Position numbers and translations under genes: made by a program
The notes under the pieces: generated by a model
What the model was told of the DNA's origin: nothing
Seen by the model: only the letters and a program-made list of their open reading frames with translations
The model's database searches: none
In this document: positions 61,473 to 64,000 of the stretch, piece after piece
How the letters are laid out: each line of letters starts with the position of its first letter
Position numbering within the stretch: position 1 is the stretch's first letter
Assembly (NCBI RefSeq): GCF_902713615.1
Contig: NC_052158.1
Location: 41,097,729 to 41,161,728 of the forward strand
Direction of reading: 5' to 3'
Length of the DNA stretch: 64,000 bases
Origin: Scyliorhinus canicula
Taxonomy: Eukaryota

Positions 61473-62489
61473 AATTAGTCAAGGAGAACATTGCAGTGCT
61501 GGAGAAAGGATGTCCCAAGGACTGAATCACTCTGGCTAGACCTAAGGAACTAAAAGAGAATTTGTTCAGGGATGTGGGCATTGCTGGTTGGGCCAACATT
61601 TGTTGACCATCCCTGAGGGCACTTAAGAGTCAACCACATTGCTGTGGATCTGGAGTCACATGTAGGCCAGACCAGGTAAGGATGACAGATTTCCTTCCCA
61701 AAAGTACATTAGTGATCCAGATGGGTTTTTAACGACAATCGACACTGGTTTCATCGTCATCATTTGACTTTTAGTTTCAGATTTTTATTGAATTAAAATT
61801 CCACATCTGCCATGGGCATTGGGCCTGGGTATTTATGTCCCAGTGGACCCTTGCTTAAGAGTGTAGCTCCGCCCCCTCATCTGGGGACATCATATTCAGG
61901 TGAGACCACTGGGACTCTGATGTTCCAGACCCCATGACCTCCGGTCGGGTTAGAACACTTACAAGTGATACATTGTTCACCAACATCTTCTCATGAGTAA
62001 TTAGAGATGGGTTATAAATTCTGATCTTTCCAGCAATGCTGCAACCACAGGAACTAATGAACAAAAATAAAACACAACACACATAAACCAGGAAAGGGCC
62101 AGCAAAAAAGAGATCTGCTTTTCCTAAGAAATCTTTATTCTTAGTTATTTTCTTATTCCAAGTTTCCGGGACTATGTGTATTTCATTGACATGCTCTTGC
62201 TCTCTTCTTTCAATTACGTGTTTAGATTTACAGAACACCTTGAAGTGTTGTTCTGCATTGTTAGCCCTGCTGAATAATCTTGCCTTCTATGCTGATTTTT
62301 AGCACATTTTAAAATGGTTGCTGCAGGATTTTCGCCCATTTTGATGGACTTTTGAACAGACGGGACTGCTGCCTTTGGGGCCTATTCAACGAACAGACTG
62401 GTCTAAAGCCTCAGTTTTTCCACAGATTATGGCCCACATTTGCTTCCTAAATTCAGCCTTCCTAAAGCATTGAACAATGTGTTAGGTTG

Positions 62490-63045
62490 TCATTTGTCTG
62501 GAAAAGTCCCCAAGCCAGCGTGAAAATGGTGGTGTTTATGTCAAGAAAAATGGCACACAACGGCCACCGATTCCCTGTTCCGGGGGAAACTAGCAGCCAG
62601 GCGACGTAGTGCTCCCAGCTCTAGCTGCCGATACAGCCTGGAGAATTGCCGGGTCATGCTTCATGGCGCACGCAGCGGACCGGGGCCGCGAAATAGTTCC
62701 AACTTGCGGCCAGCTCGCCCGCCCTGGACCGCCCCACCACAGTGCTCCCAGCACCAAATAATGCCTCCCCTGACTGAGTCTGTAGCCGCCACGTTGAGTT
62801 CCCAACGGGTGAGACCTTGAAAAACTCAAGGCATCGGGGACGGAGCATCGCGGTGCGGGCCTCGTTCAACGTGCGGTGGCTGTGGATACGGCATGTGCCA
62901 TACTCCTAGAGAACGCCGCTATTCAGGGGCCGGCACATCGCGAAAGTGCCCCTCCTCCTCCGATATTGTCGTCATCGGGGATTCTCTTCCCCGTCGCCGA
63001 ATGAATTTTCGACGTCGGAGAGCGGAGAATCCAGCTCCTGATAGC
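62490..63045. mobile_element. Degenerate Harbinger-type MITE (a smaller one at about 63476-63680)
   Basis: Ends in GGAGAATCCAGC; internal motifs shared with the other MITEs. Confidence 0.6.
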
Positions 63046-63924
63046 ATTTTGCCACGGACTCTGACAACAATGCAGTTGTTAATGAATTAATCTTTCAGTT
63101 CACTGGAAACACATATACAAGTTTGCAAGGAACAATTTGACCAATTTCATGGTTTTGGGGGTCTCTAATTGAACCACGCTTGCTTAATTACAAGATTCCA
63201 TTCTGAGGTGAAATATCCATTGAATGCTTTTATGACCGTTTCAAAATCTGCACAGCTCTGTCTCTTCTACCTCCAGCAACAGGCCCCATTGCACAGAGAA
63301 ACAAATGGATATGGTGCTTCTACTCTTTGGCATGCAAATTGATGTTGTTCGATATTTCATGGTGTTTTTTCTATGACGCCCTATGCTGGCCTCTCTGTGG
63401 ACCTTCAAGTTTTCAAATGGCTGGGGAAGGATCGGTGATTGCCCGACTGGTGCTAACACTGCTACCAATTCCTCGGACGGGATTTTCCGGCCCCCTGCCA
63501 ATGTGTGTTTCAACAGCAGAGGTGGCTTGTCATTGGCCGCTGGAGGGATCTTCTAGTCCGTCAATGTCGACAGCATTTTGCGTGGCTCGCCAGTCCCACC
63601 ACCTAGGAACCCGCACCAGGGGTCACCTGCAGCACGACTGGAAGATCCCACCGGCAAGAAGGACCGAAAACTCTGGCCTTCAGTGTGCCTCTCACCACGG
63701 TAAGTCTTCTAATTTGTCCTTTGAAGCATTTTTCTAATTTCTTCCCATGGGTGTCCCGTTGATGGCACCAAATCATTGTTTGATTAGTGCCCTCATCACT
63801 ATTACCATCGTCAGTGGTTTGATTTCCACTTTGAACAGTATTTGGATTCCACTTTGAACAGGATTTAGAATCTACTTAAAATAAATTGTGGCCTAAACAA
63901 TATTGGGAAGACTTCCCTCCACTT

Positions 63925-64000
63925 ATTTTTTTTTTCTTTTTTTAAAAACATTTTTTTACAGTACCCAATTAATTTTTTCCAATTAAGGGGCAATTTAGCG
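63925..64000 (-). mobile_element. 3' end of an HE1-like SINE running off the window
   Basis: Reverse complement of CGCTAAATTGCCCCTTAATTGGAAAAAA...GGGTAC plus A-tail. Confidence 0.8.

Larger units (their letters stand above)
58040..61560 (+). mobile_element. Old CR1 (5' region, ORF1 and start of ORF2) fragmented by a SINE (about 58790-59095), a solo LTR, an L1-like 3' end and a second SINE
   Basis: Residual ORF1 motifs (VVFGGSLVR, CCLPGARV, VHIGTND) and ORF2 start (CMYVNAQS, AIAETW) are collinear across the inserts. Confidence 0.75.

Overview
Repeat-saturated vertebrate genomic DNA, very likely from a shark. The tRNA-derived HE1-like SINEs, CR1/L2 LINEs and GC-rich Harbinger MITEs resemble those of catsharks; this species call is inference. 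The only host gene I can support is the 3' part of an MHC class I-like gene on the + strand: alpha2 exon 7287-7562, alpha3 exon 9273-9551, TM exon 20459-20578, and probable cytoplasmic exons 24666-24734 and 24961-25289. All splice in phase 1 with no stops; the leader and alpha1 exons lie upstream of the window. The gene looks nonclassical. Both alpha2 disulfide cysteines are replaced (Val, Leu), the N-terminal peptide anchors are lost, and the predicted cytoplasmic tail is about 137 aa. The rest of the window is nested TEs: several Gypsy LTR elements and solo LTRs, a decayed two-gene Harbinger transposon and many MITEs, CR1, L1-like and Penelope-like remnants, SINEs and minisatellites. Two signals stand out beyond the gene. 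(i) Gypsy elements lack a tRNA primer-binding site; instead the sequence just after the 5' LTR is complementary to the LTR's own poly(A)-signal region, with different sequence but conserved pairing in two families (candidate self-priming or poly(A)-occlusion system). (ii) An exact 27-nt copy of the MHC alpha3 exon is pasted into a neighbouring transposase pseudogene. TE boundaries without a stated TSD are approximate.
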